Shown in pieces: positions 1-13,424 of a stretch of DNA of 64,000 nt (its first letter is position 1; each line of letters starts with the position of its first letter). A model generated the notes under the pieces. It was not told the DNA's origin. It saw nothing but the letters and a program-made list of their open reading frames with translations, and ran no database searches. The position numbers were made by a program, and so were the translations under genes. Source of the DNA: the human T2T-CHM13v2.0 reference genome, Homo sapiens; the NCBI RefSeq assembly GCF_009914755.1, contig NC_060947.1, one strand, 5' to 3'.

Positions 1-3000
1 TGGGTCAACAAAGAAATAAACCACTTTTCCTCCTGGAGGAAACAGGAAAACCATAAACATTTTCCTGTTAGATGTGTCATAAGAGAATTAATCATACTTT
101 CTCTATTTCTATTTCTACTGTCTGAAACATCAAAAGCAATAAGGAAATGATTTAATACGATGGTTCTTCAAAAAAAATGAAATTCTTATTTTTTTAGTAA
201 AAGTTGAATCTGGCCATGTTACTTCATTTGTGAAAACTTTGGAACATTGATAAACTAACAGTCTGTAGTTTATGGCAGTATAATGATACTACCAGCTATA
301 ATTATTTTAAAATACAGACCTCTGGATGCCTGTGATCCTTGCTGTTAATAAATAGTGTAAATACTTCATATCTTTGTACATCTTGAGAAAAGAAGAATGT
401 CATTTTTAATTCCTTTATTATGATATTTGGAGTAGATTCCATTCAAATATACTAAATACGACAATGGAATGAAAGCAAAACAAAATGGTCAGCAAAAGTA
501 AGAATTGGCATTTTATTCCCTCTAGTCTTTGCTTTTTGTAAATTCCACATTTCACAAGGCATGTGATTTTTCTTTTAGTCAGCAGGGGACTATCAAGGAG
601 TTAGCCAACCAGAAAGTGTCTATGAAAATAACAAGAGGGAATTATCTACCTTGTAGACCACAGGGAAGTAATGTTTTTAAAGCTAGGTCAAGAATTAGGC
701 AAAGAAACCTTTACATTTACAATACAGTTGTAATAACTTTGAGCTTTATGATAGCTGTAATATTGCACTTATGCTACATCTGCTATTTTATTTTAAATTC
801 CTGAGCCCTTACATGAAAACTCAAGCTAAAATCCTATAATGAAGAGCCGACTAGACATTCAAGTTATTTTCTTTATTTAAATTCATTGGGATAGTAACAT
901 TAATATCCATTCTAAAGCTAGAATACATCAGTTGAAACTATTGCTTAATGTAAATCAATTGAAACTAATAGAAATAAAGTATCAACATGTTGCCGGTGTG
1001 TGGGGGGGATGCTTGTCATACAAGATTCCCCAATATTACGGATTGATACATTATTTAGAAAATTTGTTAAATTTTTTTTTTGAAATGATAGTTGAATGAA
1101 GAAGGGAGGAAAGAGCCATGTTATTCTTTGAAAATTAGCTCTGGGGAACTGGGGAAGTAAACTTATGAGGGTTTCAATTGGGAATCATTTATAGTACAGT
1201 ATATTACACCAACCAATAGCTTAATTAAAATATGTATCTAGGACAGTAACATTGATCCAAAGGACTTTCATATTTCATTTTCTGTAAAATAACCACACAA
1301 AGAATATTTGTTACCTAAGGCCAAGTTTCTAGAGTCTAAAACTACAGAAAAACTTGTAACAAACAATAATCGCTTGGTAAATTGATTTTAGTTTAGAGTA
1401 CTTCACAGGACAAGACAGGTATTACAGTTTCTGTACAGGAACCCTTGGCCTTAGAAATGAGCCTGCTTGGGGAGTATCTGAGTACTTTTATTTACCTAAT
1501 GTGGGATCTCTATATGTTAGAACTTTCTCAGCCAAACCCAGAAATTTTAATTGCCATTTGTTTTGAGAGCTTCTCATTTCATAGTAATGAAACTCATGTT
1601 TTCTATCAGTGAAAAAACAAAAGAACCATTTTAAAATTCAGCATTAAGGAATTCTGTAGGAGTTTATGATAGGAATGTAAAATATAATCACATTTTGTAA
1701 CTCTGGATAATGTGTGATATTTTATTCACATTCATATGTACTCCTACATACACATACATTGAACATAATTGTGTGTTAATATAGACTGTATATATAATGT
1801 GTAATATGTATTACATTCAGTATACTTATAAATTAAACTTGCGTGCCATAGACATAAGTATGATGAACCAGTATGTAAGCTAATAAGTTTCTTTTCATTG
1901 CTTTTTAATTTCCCTTTTAAAATTTCACATATACTTACTATTTAACGTATATCTGTGGGAGATTCCCTAATTTAGAGAAATGTTAGATAGCACCTAGAAA
2001 GACTGGTGTGTGAAAATAGTTACTTGAAATTTTCTCCAATATTTCTGATAATAAAGCCACTCCAAATTTTCTCATATTCTTATAATGACAAAGCAATTTT
2101 TGTGAATGTAGGATTTTGTTATGGACTAAACCATAATTTTAAAAGTTTTCTTTCAGGACAAAACATTCTCACTACTTTTTTTATGAGAAGAGTGTTACAA
2201 AATTTAAAATTAAAGAAAAATAGTCTGATGTGTGTTTATCACCTGTTAGGAAGTAGTGTAGATCTATAAAGGTGGTTGCAGCCCTTGAAAGCAACAAATA
2301 TTAGATTTTATAATTATGCCAAAAAAATAAAAAATGTGTCTGTACATAACCTATAAGATATTACGATCACTTAATTTAGAAAATATTGTATGGAAGGAGT
2401 AAAAGAGTAAAAATATCTGAAAATTGTGTTTTAAACCAAGGAATTTATCTGTAAAGGAAGGAGAATCCATCAAATCCAAGAACATTTTGAATATTTAATT
2501 TTTTTTTCTGCAAAAGCCCTCCACAAACCACAGAATGCCATAAACTGTGTTTGAACAACTTGAAGGACAGATGTGACAAATTCTGCTAGATCATTCAACT
2601 TCAGTTTCAGGTATTGCCAATAGAAAGTTCTTTCTTATACTAAAACAAAATCAGTCCACTAACAGTTTCTGCTCAGTGTTTTCAATTTCAACTTTTATAG
2701 ACATTGTTCTGTTTCAAGTCCCTACATAGGTGGCTCACTTTGACATGTGCCCAGGTTCTGCATTTACTTCTAAAATTATTGCACACAATTTCAGCTCTGG
2801 GAGTGACTGGGTTGATGAGAAAAAATAATCAACTTTCGTGTTGTCAATTTGTACCAATACAGAATATAATGTACCTAATAATATTGTAGCCATATCATAT
2901 CTGCTTCATATTTAGCTAAACAAAATTCTGATGGAAAAAGAAAATATCCTTATTATTTTTAAATAAAATAAAATAGTTAAAATAAGATTTGAAATTAGGT

Positions 3001-3077
3001 GTTTGATTTGTTGAATTACTGGGAGAACCAAAGGATAGCCAGTTGCAGATTTAAAAAAATCATGCTTTAAAAAAGGC

Positions 3078-3328
3078 TTGGGAGGCCAAGGCGGGTGGAT
3101 CACGAGGTCAGAAGTTCAAGACCAGCCTGGCCAAGATGATGAAACCCCATCTCTACTAAAGATACAGAAATTAGCAGGGCGTGGTGGCAGGTGCCTGTAA
3201 TCCCAGCTACTTGGGAGGCTGAGGCAGAGAATTGCTTGAACCTGGGAGGCGGAGGTTGCAGTGAGCCGAGATAGCACCACTGCACTTCATCCTGGGCAAC
3301 AGAGTGAGACTCTGTCCCCCCAAAAAAA
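3078..3328 (+). mobile_element. Alu, 5'-truncated, AluSg-like
   Basis: TTGGGAGGCCAAGGCGGGTGGATCACGAGGTCAG start, A-rich linker, right arm ending GACTCTGTC and a short A tail; first ~35 nt of the Alu absent. Confidence 0.93.
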
Positions 3329-4113
3329 TCTTAAATTATAATTTTTATAAGTATTTTGCAAGGCTAATTTGTTGATATGAAAGAATTCTGACACATTGCA
3401 AAGGAAATGGCACAACTACAAAATAGAAATGGCAGTGTAATGTGTTATCACATTTAGTATCATATTTAAATATAATATTACATTTTAATTAAGTTAAAAA
3501 TCATTTAAAACGATTGGCAAATTAATTTGATAAAAATGGCAGCATTTATAATCCTGCAGTAAAGCACATTCTTTTTTTTTTTTTTAACATAAAGAGGCTC
3601 CTAAAAATCATCTATTTAGTTAGATCAATTTAGAGATTTTAAAACAAACTGATTTTATTAGCTGCTGATGCTTACCAAAATAAAATCTGCTGATATACAG
3701 GTTGTGTAATTTCTCTTTTTGATATTTTGAATTCTGTTTCATTTTGTCTGCAGTGATTTTGTATTAACATATGTATTTTCTTCAGTTTTTAAATTCCATG
3801 GCTGTCTTAATCTGTAAGATTGTTTATCAATATATAAAATTGTTTGCCTACAAATAGGTCTAAGAGGGTAAAAGATAATCTATATTGAGAATGGCCAGAA
3901 ATGAAAAGACTTTTGAGGTATCATAGAAGGTCTGGAACAGAAACAAAATAAAGTCACAGAACATTCTTCCTGAAAGAAAAACTCAAGAATATCTTCAGAG
4001 ATTCCTATTTTAGTCAAGGATATTGACACACAGAGAAGAACATGATTAAAGAAAGCTACTATCTAAAATGTTTTAGGAAACTCTAATAAGTTTTGTCTAG
4101 GAAATTACAACTG

Positions 4114-4250
4114 GATATGCATATATACACACACAAAATGCATATTATGTATATATAATGAAAGCATATGTATACACACATACATGTACATGCATAGCAA
4201 TTACAAATGGATATATATACACACACACATACATATAAATATGACATGCA
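4114..4250. repeat. Degenerate (TA)n/(CA)n low-complexity tract
   Basis: Runs such as atatatacacacaca and tatatatatacacacacacatacatata. Confidence 0.7.
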
Positions 4251-4337
4251 TTAGATTATTTTTAAGGTGTACTATATTTGTTGTTATTTAAAGGTCTCCT
4301 TAAATTTTAGCTGTAAAACAAATATAGCTACATTTTT

Positions 4338-5647
4338 AAAGTTTTTAAATTTTTAGTTTGTGTGGGTACATAGTAGGTGTATGTATTATTGGATATGAGA
4401 TGTTTTGATACAGGCATGCAATGTATGAGACTCACATCATAGAGAATGGGGATCCATCCCCTTAAGCATTCACTCGTTGTTTTACACACAACCCAATTAT
4501 ACTCTTAGTTATTTAAAAATGTACAATTAAGTTATAATCGGCTATATTCACCCTGTTGTATATAAAATAATAGGTCTTATTCATTCTTGGTATTTTTTTG
4601 TATCTATTAACCATCCCCATCTCTCCCCTCTCTGCAGCCCCCAACTACCCTTCCCAGCCTCTGGTAAGCATCCTATCCTATATGCCCACGAGTTAAATTG
4701 TTTCGATTTTTAGATCCCCAAATAAGTGAGAACATGAGATGTTTGTCTTTCTGTGTCTGGCTTATTTCACTTAACGTAATGATCTCCAGTTCCATCCCTG
4801 TTGTTGCAAATTACTGGATCTCATTGTTCTTTATGGCTGAATAGTACATTGTGCATATGTAAAACATTTTCTTTATCTATTCATCTGTTGATGCACACTT
4901 AGGTTTCTTGGCTGCTGTGAACAGTGCTGCAAGAAACAAGGGAGTGCAGATAGCTCTTTGATATATTGATTTCCTTTCTTTTGGGCATATATCCAGCCAT
5001 GGGATTGCTAGATCATTTGGTGGCTCTATTTTTAGATATTTGTGTAAGCTCCAAACTGTTCTCTATAGTGATTGTACTAATTTACATTCCCACCAACAGT
5101 TTAGGAAGGTTCCCTTTCTCCACATTGGCGCGAGAATTTGTTATTGCCTGTCTTTTGGGGAAAAAAGCCAGTTTAACTGGGATGAGAAGATATCTCATTG
5201 TAGTTTGGATTTGCATTTCTCTGATGATCAGTGATGTTGAGTACTTTTTCATATGCCTGTTTGCCATTTGTATGTCTTCTTTTGGGAAATGTTTGTTCAA
5301 ATATTTTTCCCATTTTTTGATGGGATTATTTGATTTTTTCCTAAGCCTAGGAATGCCTTAGGATTGTACTCTTCCTCCTCCAGCACACGGAAGCCCTCTC
5401 TGTACCATGCCACAGCTGCAGGCGAGTGAGTGAAGGGTGGTGTCCACAATTCACGACTTGTTTTTCCTATCTCTTCAGTGCCTTTTTCAATGATACAAAG
5501 TTAGAAGCAGGTACTATGAGCGCTAACTTGACTTTTTATTCTTATGAAGGAGATATTTTTCTGTGTGTAGTTAGTTGTTAAGCTGGTGTCCTTGCTAGTT
5601 GGAATTGGTGGAGCCTTCTTTTCCACCATCTTGTTCCACGCCCCTCC
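4338..5647 (-). mobile_element. L1MA1-3-type LINE-1 with 3' end (~4338-5343) joined directly to its 5' terminus (~5344-5647)
   Basis: L1MA2-like 3'UTR and ORF2 end on minus; ends CCACCATCTTGTTCCACGCCCC (reverse complement of the L1 start); TSD TATA(G/T)CTACATTTTT at 4323-4337 and 5648-5662. Confidence 0.85.
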
Positions 5648-5769
5648 TATATCTACATTTTTTAAAAATCTTAAACTTATAGCTAATGTTTAACCTATAG
5701 AACCTGGCATTAGAAAAGCTAGCTTGTAGACAGACACCGTCTAACATGCTCAACAGAATTTTCTACTAA

Positions 5770-6040
5770 GTACACACTAGGATGGCTTTAATAAAATGAC
5801 TGAAATATGACTGACACCACCAAATGTTGTCAAGGATTTAGTGCAAACTGAACTCTTATATATTGTTGGTTGGAGTATAAAATTTGAAAATCAGTTCCAC
5901 GGTTTGTCATAAGGTTAAACATACACCTGGTACATGATCAAGCAATTCTACTCCTATATATTTAGTCAAGAGAAATGAAAGAACATGTACAGAAAAAGAC
6001 ATGTTTAAGAATCTTCAGAGCTACTTTATTTTCAAGAGCT
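5770..6040 (+). mobile_element. Old L1M (L1MC/ME-type) ORF2 3' fragment
   Basis: Matches L1 ORF2 end motifs: CAAATGTTG.CAAGGAT, AGCAATTCTACTCCTA, AGAGAAATGAAAGAACATGT. Confidence 0.7.
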
Positions 6041-6919
6041 ATATTGTCTTTTTTAAACAAAGGCCTGATAGGTTTCTTAAAAAACCATCGCTTGTCACTT
6101 TAATAAGAGGAGTAATAATAGTTTACATCTTTATTTTTTTATTGCCCATGAGATTATAATTATCTCTTTTTTTCATAATAGTGCGTCTAATGAAATCAAG
6201 GTTCCTTAGCACTTATTATATAAAGAAATAAAGAATTTTTGTATGACTAATCAACATTTATTTCTGTCTTATTACATGACGACTATCTCCCTGGAAACTT
6301 GTAGCTATATTGATGCCTAAGTTAATTATCAGTAACATAGAAAATGTGCAAAGAAAAAACCCAGGAGAAAAAAATCAGAAAATATGAATAATCTAATAAA
6401 ATTTTAAGAGTCATACAAGTATAGTTGTATGCCTTTATTTATCAATAAAAACTAATTATTTAGGAGTAAGTTATATTGTATAGGTTTCTTTGACAGGTGC
6501 ATTTAGTTTTCAAAATAGAATTATTTTTGTTTTAATTTTCACTTTGAGTAGTTTTAATGTAAAGTGTGATAAATATTCCCTCATAGCACAAGTTCTAGCT
6601 GGCTCTCATTATGACACCTAAATTGGATAAATTATTCTTGCTTTTCTGGATAGAAGTCATAATTGTAAACTGCTTACAATTTGCATTTATATTCCAAGAT
6701 ACTAGGAAAGTATCAGGCACTGCCTTATCAGATTTTATGACACACTCGGGTCTAAGGTAGTCTAGAAAGCAGCAATCATGTATTGGATTCAGAACTGATT
6801 GAAAGCTGGACAAAGTTTAGTTGGATTGTAAAAAAATGCATACTGTATTATTAATAGGCATTTGAGAATGCATTTAAATTGGGGAGCAAAAAATGTCTTT
6901 ACAGATTAAGGCAGATTAT

Positions 6920-7690
6920 CTGTTGTCAAAATCAACATATGAGTCCAGATGTTAATAATAAAATACTTTACTCAGGAGGACTATTGCAATAGGGAGATGT
7001 TCAAAGCCTAGGCCATAAAAGTCTCAAGTAAAGGGTACATGAGCACAGCTTTTATATACAGAGACCATGAGTGCGGAAAGAAGGGTATGCTGCCAAAACT
7101 GCTAGGATGATGCCTTGAAATTTAACAAACTGTATCAAATATTGTAATAAGGGGAAGGTTGAGGTGCATGGGAGGGAGTTTGGGCCTGAAATGGAGCAAC
7201 TAATATACAGTGCAAAAAGTTCATGTAAAAAGTTTACGGTCAACTGCCTTTGTCAAGCCAGCTTGAATTTATGTGAAACACAGCCTTTGATCAGCCTTGT
7301 AAATTCCTTTTCATGTTTAAGAAAGGCTCAGAGACATTGTTTTTGAAAAACTCAGGGATTAGGGAAATCCTAAGTAGGGAATGACTGAGTGAAATATTCA
7401 TCATAGTCAGATTTTTCTTGGTGATATCATTCCTGAAGGAGCAGTTGTACCCTCTGTTGGACATGCAGTTTGATTGATAGTTATTGGGAGATTCTATTGA
7501 TGAAGCATTTGGTCAAGGAAATTCCTATAATAATAAATAGAAGGAGAAAAATTAGAGGATGAATGAGAGAGTAAAATCAGTACTTTAGTTTAGGAGGCAA
7601 CTGTCAAATGGATTCCAAGATATGGGTGCAGAAGACTCTCTTATTGGTGGTATGAGGATGACTATGTTGATGTAATAAATTTTCCTTTGT
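6920..7690 (-). mobile_element. Unclassified ancient LTR/ERV remnant
   Basis: ACTTTACTCAGGAGGACTATTGCAATAGGGAG resembles the antisense poly(A)-signal end of old ERV1-class LTRs; family not resolved. Confidence 0.3.
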
Positions 7691-7699
7691 GAAACCCTT

Positions 7700-9315
7700 C
7701 CATAATGGAAGTGGTCCAATGTAATTATCCTGCCACATTGGCTGGCTGACTAACCCAGGGAATGGTCCACTATGGGAGAATCAGTGTTGATCTCTGTTGG
7801 TAGCAGATTGGGCACCGAGCAGTGGCTGTAGCCATTTCAGCCTTGACGAGTAGAAATCCACATTTTCAAAGTCCATGAATAACCTCTGTCCCTGAGATCA
7901 TGGACACTTAGTTCATATGCCCATTGGGTGATGACGGGAGTGATCTGGGAAGGAGGCTGGCTGGTATCCACAAATGTGTTATTCAATCCACTTAATTATT
8001 GATATCTTCTTCTGATGAGGTTGGTCTTTGGTCAGTATTCATGTGGGACACAAATATCTTTATGGTTTTTGCTCCTTCAGAAAGTTCTATCTGCATACAT
8101 CTTCCCCAAATTTCCCTGTCACCGGTTTTCCAATCAAGTTCCTTTCAAGTTCCTGACTGTCCAGCAAACCATTGGCCACAACCCATGAAATGGTACATAA
8201 TCACATTTCTCCTTCCAAGCAAAGTGAACAACCAGTGGATGCTCAAAGTTTTGCCCACTGGGAGAAATTTTTTTTCACCACTGTCCTTCAGGGATGTCCC
8301 AGAAAGAGACTGTAGTGCTGCTACTATCCACTTTTGAATGGTACCTGCATATCATGCAGAATCATCTGTAAACCAGGTCCAAGCCTTTGCTTCTTCTGTC
8401 AACTGATCATAGGAAACTCCCCATGAGGCCATAGATGCAGGCTGGGAAATAGGAGGTAGTGTATTATGAGTGGAGACCATGGGCATTTGTACCACTTCAT
8501 GCAACCTGTGCTTTCAGGGCCAGTTTGGGCTCAATCTTCTATATACCACATTCAGTTCGTGATAGAGCACTACTGTGCACACTCAACTTCATGGTTTGAT
8601 AGATCAGATAATACCCAGTTCATGATGTTTACCTCAGGTCACGAGGTAACTTGGTCACCCATGGCTAAGTGTTCAGTCTCTGCTAAGGCCCAGTAGCAAG
8701 CAAAAAGCTGATTTTTAAAAGGAGGTTAGTTACATACAGAGGATTTCAGGGCCTTCCTTCAAAATACTAAGGGTCTGAACTGTGATTCACCTATGCAGGT
8801 CTGCCTAAAGGTACAAACAGCATTCCTATAGGCTACTAACAATTCAAACACCATTGGATCTGCTGAATCATAGGGCACAATTGGCAGAGCAGCTTGCAGA
8901 GAAACCTGGACCTGTTACAGAGCCTCTGTCATTCTGAGATTCCTTCAAAACTAACAGCTTTTTGAGTCAGTAAATGGGCTAGAGTAACACACCCAAATGA
9001 GGAGTATCATGCCTCTAGAATCCAAAGAGGTTCAATGGACTTCATGGCTCTTTTTTGGTGGTAGAAAGGGCTAGATACAACAACTTATCCTTCACCTTAG
9101 AAGGGATATTTCTACATGCCTTACACCACTGGACCCCTAGACATTTCACTGAGGTGAAAGACCCCAGAATTTTGTCAGATTTGCTTCCTACGGTCTGACA
9201 CACAAATATCTTCCCAATCAGTCTACAGTGGCTGCTACTTAGTTCTTATTACTTCCAGTCAGCATAGTGTCATCAATGTAAAGGACTAGTGTGGTATCTT
9301 GTGGAAGGAAAAGTT
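7700..9315 (-). mobile_element. ERVL-class internal pol fragment (RT, RNase H, start of integrase), degenerate
   Basis: Minus-strand translation gives LPQDTTLVLYIDD (YIDD at 9269-9280) and SWVVANGL...DWKTGDREIWGR near 8100-8190, typical of HERV-L RT/RNase H; stops and frameshifts present. Confidence 0.88.
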
Positions 9316-9334
9316 TATCTCAATTTTTATACGA

Positions 9335-9665
9335 CCTGTCAGCCAGAAGGGACAACATAAATTTACTTTTATCAGAACCTGTAGAGTTTGTAATTGTGGG
9401 TAATTGACTGCTTGCTAAGAGCTGGAAGCACAGATAAAGGAGTACAAGGCCTTGAGAGTACATTCACCAAGGCCTTTTAAGAAAGTAACAAAGGGGACTG
9501 AATACCTTAAGCTCTCTCTCTTCCATCTTCTGATCTTTTGCCACTGCAATCTCAAAAAGAAATACAATGGCAAAGGAACCTAGATAATAGAATTCACACA
9601 ACTCAACTTCAAAGGGAATATAGTAGAGTAGAGAAAGATGAACTCAAAGGTCTAAATGGAGACAA
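9335..9665 (-). mobile_element. Possible old ERVL-class LTR remnant
   Basis: Weak resemblance to LTR33/LTR41-like antisense ends; adjacent to ERVL internal sequence. Confidence 0.3.
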
Positions 9666-11687
9666 GCTAGCGTTTTTAAAATGGTATCTTGCTTTCTGTA
9701 GTTGTTTCTTTGTTTTAGCAAACTAAGTGAATGTCTACAGAGGTGTTTATGCAAAATCTCTAAATACAAATGTACCATAGCTTAGAAGTTATTAGAGTTG
9801 TTGCATTTGTCAGAATTGTGGATATTCAAATATTCCTGAAACTGAGAAGGGGTTGTGGCAGACATCCAAGAGGCTAAAGTGGGACCTCATTAGTCTTTGG
9901 ACGAAAAGGGACTCCTGGGCCCATCTAATATGTGCCCTTTAAATCCTTAGTATACATATATACTATGTAATTTAATATTCTGTTTTAAATTCCTCATGTA
10001 TACAGAGATAGGTACACAATAAAAGATAAATATAAGGGTGCGTATATAAGAATGTGTGCATGCAGTACTAAAATTTATCTTGCCATTCTTGCTTGCGTTT
10101 CTAAATCATCATTTGTAGTTCTACTTCTCCAGAAACGTTCTCTCAAATTCCTGAAATATTGTTATGGCTAATTAAGTAGGTAACTCAATTTTTTGTTAAT
10201 ATCATAAAGAAATTAAGTAATAGTGAAGAAGAATAGAAAAAATGGCATATTTTATTAAGTTGGAAGCACTTAAAAATAATTCTGAAATAATATATGACAG
10301 TATGTGAAGATAAATTAACAATGCCTTTTTGTGCTGCAATATTTTATGGAAATCTTTATAAGTACATACATACTTTTCTTGCATATGTAATGTGCTTCCA
10401 ATTCCCATTTGTAGTTCTGATATGATATTATGGTGCATACTGGTAAAGCTATTGTTTTACCCGACTCTTTGTTGTTGTTGTTATCGTTTTCAACTTTGTT
10501 GGGGATAGATTTTTCGAAAGCATAAATAGAAAAATTTCTAGTGAGAGGCTTGTCCTTCAGAGACTTCATGTGTTTCCCTATTTTTATGAACGTATTAGTG
10601 GCAGCAAATAACAATAATGTTACTATGCAGTTCATTTCCTCTTAGCCACATTCCCATGACAACAGCTAAGTAATTCACATTTCAGAAAAAAAATTTAGAA
10701 AGATAAAAGGAGCATAATTACCTAGAATTTTCTGATCCCATGAAAGACAGAAACCTAATAATAAGACGTTACTGAAAAATAAGAATCTGTCTCCTACTAT
10801 TTCATTTCTATAATAACTTATGCATTGCCTTATTAATAAACGTTAGTGTTGAGTGATTCTTTTGAAGAAATGTCCACATTTTCCATTAATTTAAACAGTT
10901 GCATTTTCTTATCATATCTGATTGCTACCAACATTACTGAATTTCTTAAATTCATCCCTATATAAACAAATTCAGATAAATACACTGCAAATTTAACAAT
11001 TTCAATTTTTAAACACATTGAAATTTGTTGCAATGCATAAGTGTTTAAATCTGACTAAATTCAGTTATAGTACAATACAAAAACTATGGGAAACCAAACA
11101 GCAGAGGTTTCTTATCACTATTTAAAAGTTGATAGACATTCATGAAGCATTAATTTGGGTCTAATAGTGTTTTATATAATGAAGACACAAAAAATAAAGC
11201 ACACTTTCTCCCAAAGACAAACAGTTTAGAGAATCCATGAGAAAAGTTTAATACCATGTGACAGTTACTCAATTAGTATTATATTCAAAAAACTAGAAAA
11301 ACATGTAGGAAAGACTTTTCTGTCTGAAATTATCAAGTGTTAACTACAGATAGATCATGCTATTGAAGTAAGGTTTTCAGAAAGAAAACTGGAGAATGAC
11401 GTTATAGGAAGAGGATACAGTATAAACCAAGCTTGGAGCCATAAAATTAGTTCTAGTTTTCAGGAAGGAGGGAATAGTTCAATGTATTTAACATATGGGG
11501 TATAATTGAGGTGGTGACTACCAATACAATCTGCAATCAAGTTTTGAAAGAACATGTAGGATTTTTTTTAGTCTATCCTGTGCAAAATAAATTTTATTTT
11601 GAAGAATGCATGACTTCATGCGTGGTGTTTTTCCTAGGTTAGAGGCATTGACTTGATTGTATGAGTGGATTTGAGCATGGAAGAGTT

Positions 11688-12097
11688 TAGACTGGATTAA
11701 GAAAATGTGGCACATACACACCATGGAATACTATGCAGCCATAAAAAAAGGATGAGTTCATGTCCTTTGTAGGGACATGGATGAAATTGGAAATCATCAT
11801 TCTCAGTAAACTATCGCAAGAACAAAAAACCAAACACCGCATATTCTCACTCATAGGTGGGAATTGAACAATGAGATCACATGGACACAGGAAGGGGAAC
11901 ATCACACTCTGGGGACTGTTGTGGGGTGGGGGGAGGGGGGAGGGATAGCAGTGGGAGATATACCTAATGCTAGATGACGAGTTAGTGGGTGCAGCACACC
12001 AGCATGGCACATGTATACATATGTAACTAACCTGCACAATGTGCACATGTACCCTAAAACTAAAAGTATAATAATAAAAAATAAAAAATAAAAAAAA
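11688..12097 (+). mobile_element. L1PA2-type 5'-truncated LINE-1 3' end (youngest L1 here)
   Basis: Near-consensus 3'UTR with G-rich tract, GCTAGATGAC-GAG-TTAGTGGG (GAG rather than the L1HS ACA/ACG diagnostic), A-rich tail. Confidence 0.95.
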
Positions 12098-12499
12098 GAA
12101 TATTTAGAATAGAAATAGAGATTTAAAAAATCGTACATGAGCCCAGATGGAAGCCATAGGAGAAATTCAGAAGTCCAAAATGAAAACAAGGTAGGCATAT
12201 AGTACAACTGAGCTATAGTTAACTTAAAATGTATACCACCATAACTTTTATCATCCTCCAACTTGAGTAAACAATGTTCACAAAGACATAAGATGTCACT
12301 AAACCCAGAGAAGCCAGAAGATAATATGAGGATGTGAGGGCCAGTTAATCTGTGTATACATGAGCCACATGAAGCCCATCCTGTCCCATATACTTATTTA
12401 CACACCCCCTTGGAGAGAAGCAGAGGCTACAGTAGAAATTACCAGAAAATATGAGCTTTACTTAAAAGAGTAATTGATGTCTCTATTAACATAAGGTGT

Positions 12500-13410
12500 C
12501 CTGTTTACTCTATGAGTTCTTAAACTTTTCTCTGTCTTTAGATTCCAGCAGTTCAACTCTCATATGGCTTGATGTGACCTTTTCATTATTCCTGCTTAGG
12601 TGTAACAGTACTTGTTGAATCAATGGATTTGATGGCATTTTCAGTTTTGCAGTATTGTGTTCCTCTTATAGATATTTTTCTGCTCTACTTTCCAGTTTAT
12701 GTATTTTCTATTACCAAGTACAGTAGTTCTTCTTTATCTATGGAAGATACATTTCAAGACCCTGAGTGGATGTCTGAAACTGCAGATAGTTTCAAAGCCT
12801 ATATATTTTTTTGATCTGATAACTGATAAGGCTACTAAGTGACTAACAGGCAGGTAGCTTATATAATGTACATACAATGGACAAAGAAATTATTCGTATC
12901 CTAGGTGGGATGGCAAGAGATTTTATCATGTTCCTCAGAATGACATGTGATTCAAATATTATAAGTTGTTTATTTTTTGAATTTTGAATTTAATATTATC
13001 ACATTGTGGTGGATGGTGGGTAATGGAAACTAAAGAAGGCAAAACCACTGATAAGGGGGGTTCTACTGTATCTCTTCAATTACTCCTTCTGGTCTATCTT
13101 CTTTCTCATCGCCTCTTGGAATCCAATTAATTATAAAATAGAACATTTCATTGCTCCCTGTGCCTTTTAAAAATATTTCCAACCCCTTTCTCTCTGTTCC
13201 TCTACAGATACTTTCCTCTGCTCTATCTTCCAGTTTATTAATCCTCTATTCAACATTTCCTAATCTGCTATTAAACCATATTGAAGGTCTTGATTTTAAT
13301 TATTATTTTGTAGTTCATAACATCCTTCGGATCTTATAGTGTAGAGTCATTTTCTTCCTTGTCTTTTAAATTCCTGACCACTTAAGTCATAGCTATCTTA
13401 AATTTTCAGT
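12500..13410 (-). mobile_element. Old L1M ORF1-region fragment interrupted by MER44A
   Basis: Pyrimidine-rich antisense ORF1 motifs (CTATCTTCCAGTTTATTAATCCTCT, CTAATCTGCTATTAAACC). Confidence 0.55.
12721..13068 (-). mobile_element. MER44A (Tigger7-derived MITE)
   Basis: TIRs CAGTAG...CTACTG, TA duplication at 12719-20 and 13069-70, internal GCTACTAAGTGACTAACAGGCAGGTAG. Confidence 0.85.
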
Positions 13411-13424
13411 CAGAAGAAGACAGG

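Noticed and set aside
4966-5361. Longest ORF (131 aa, hydrophobic)
   Set aside because: Antisense reading of the L1 ORF2 3' end, a common artefact
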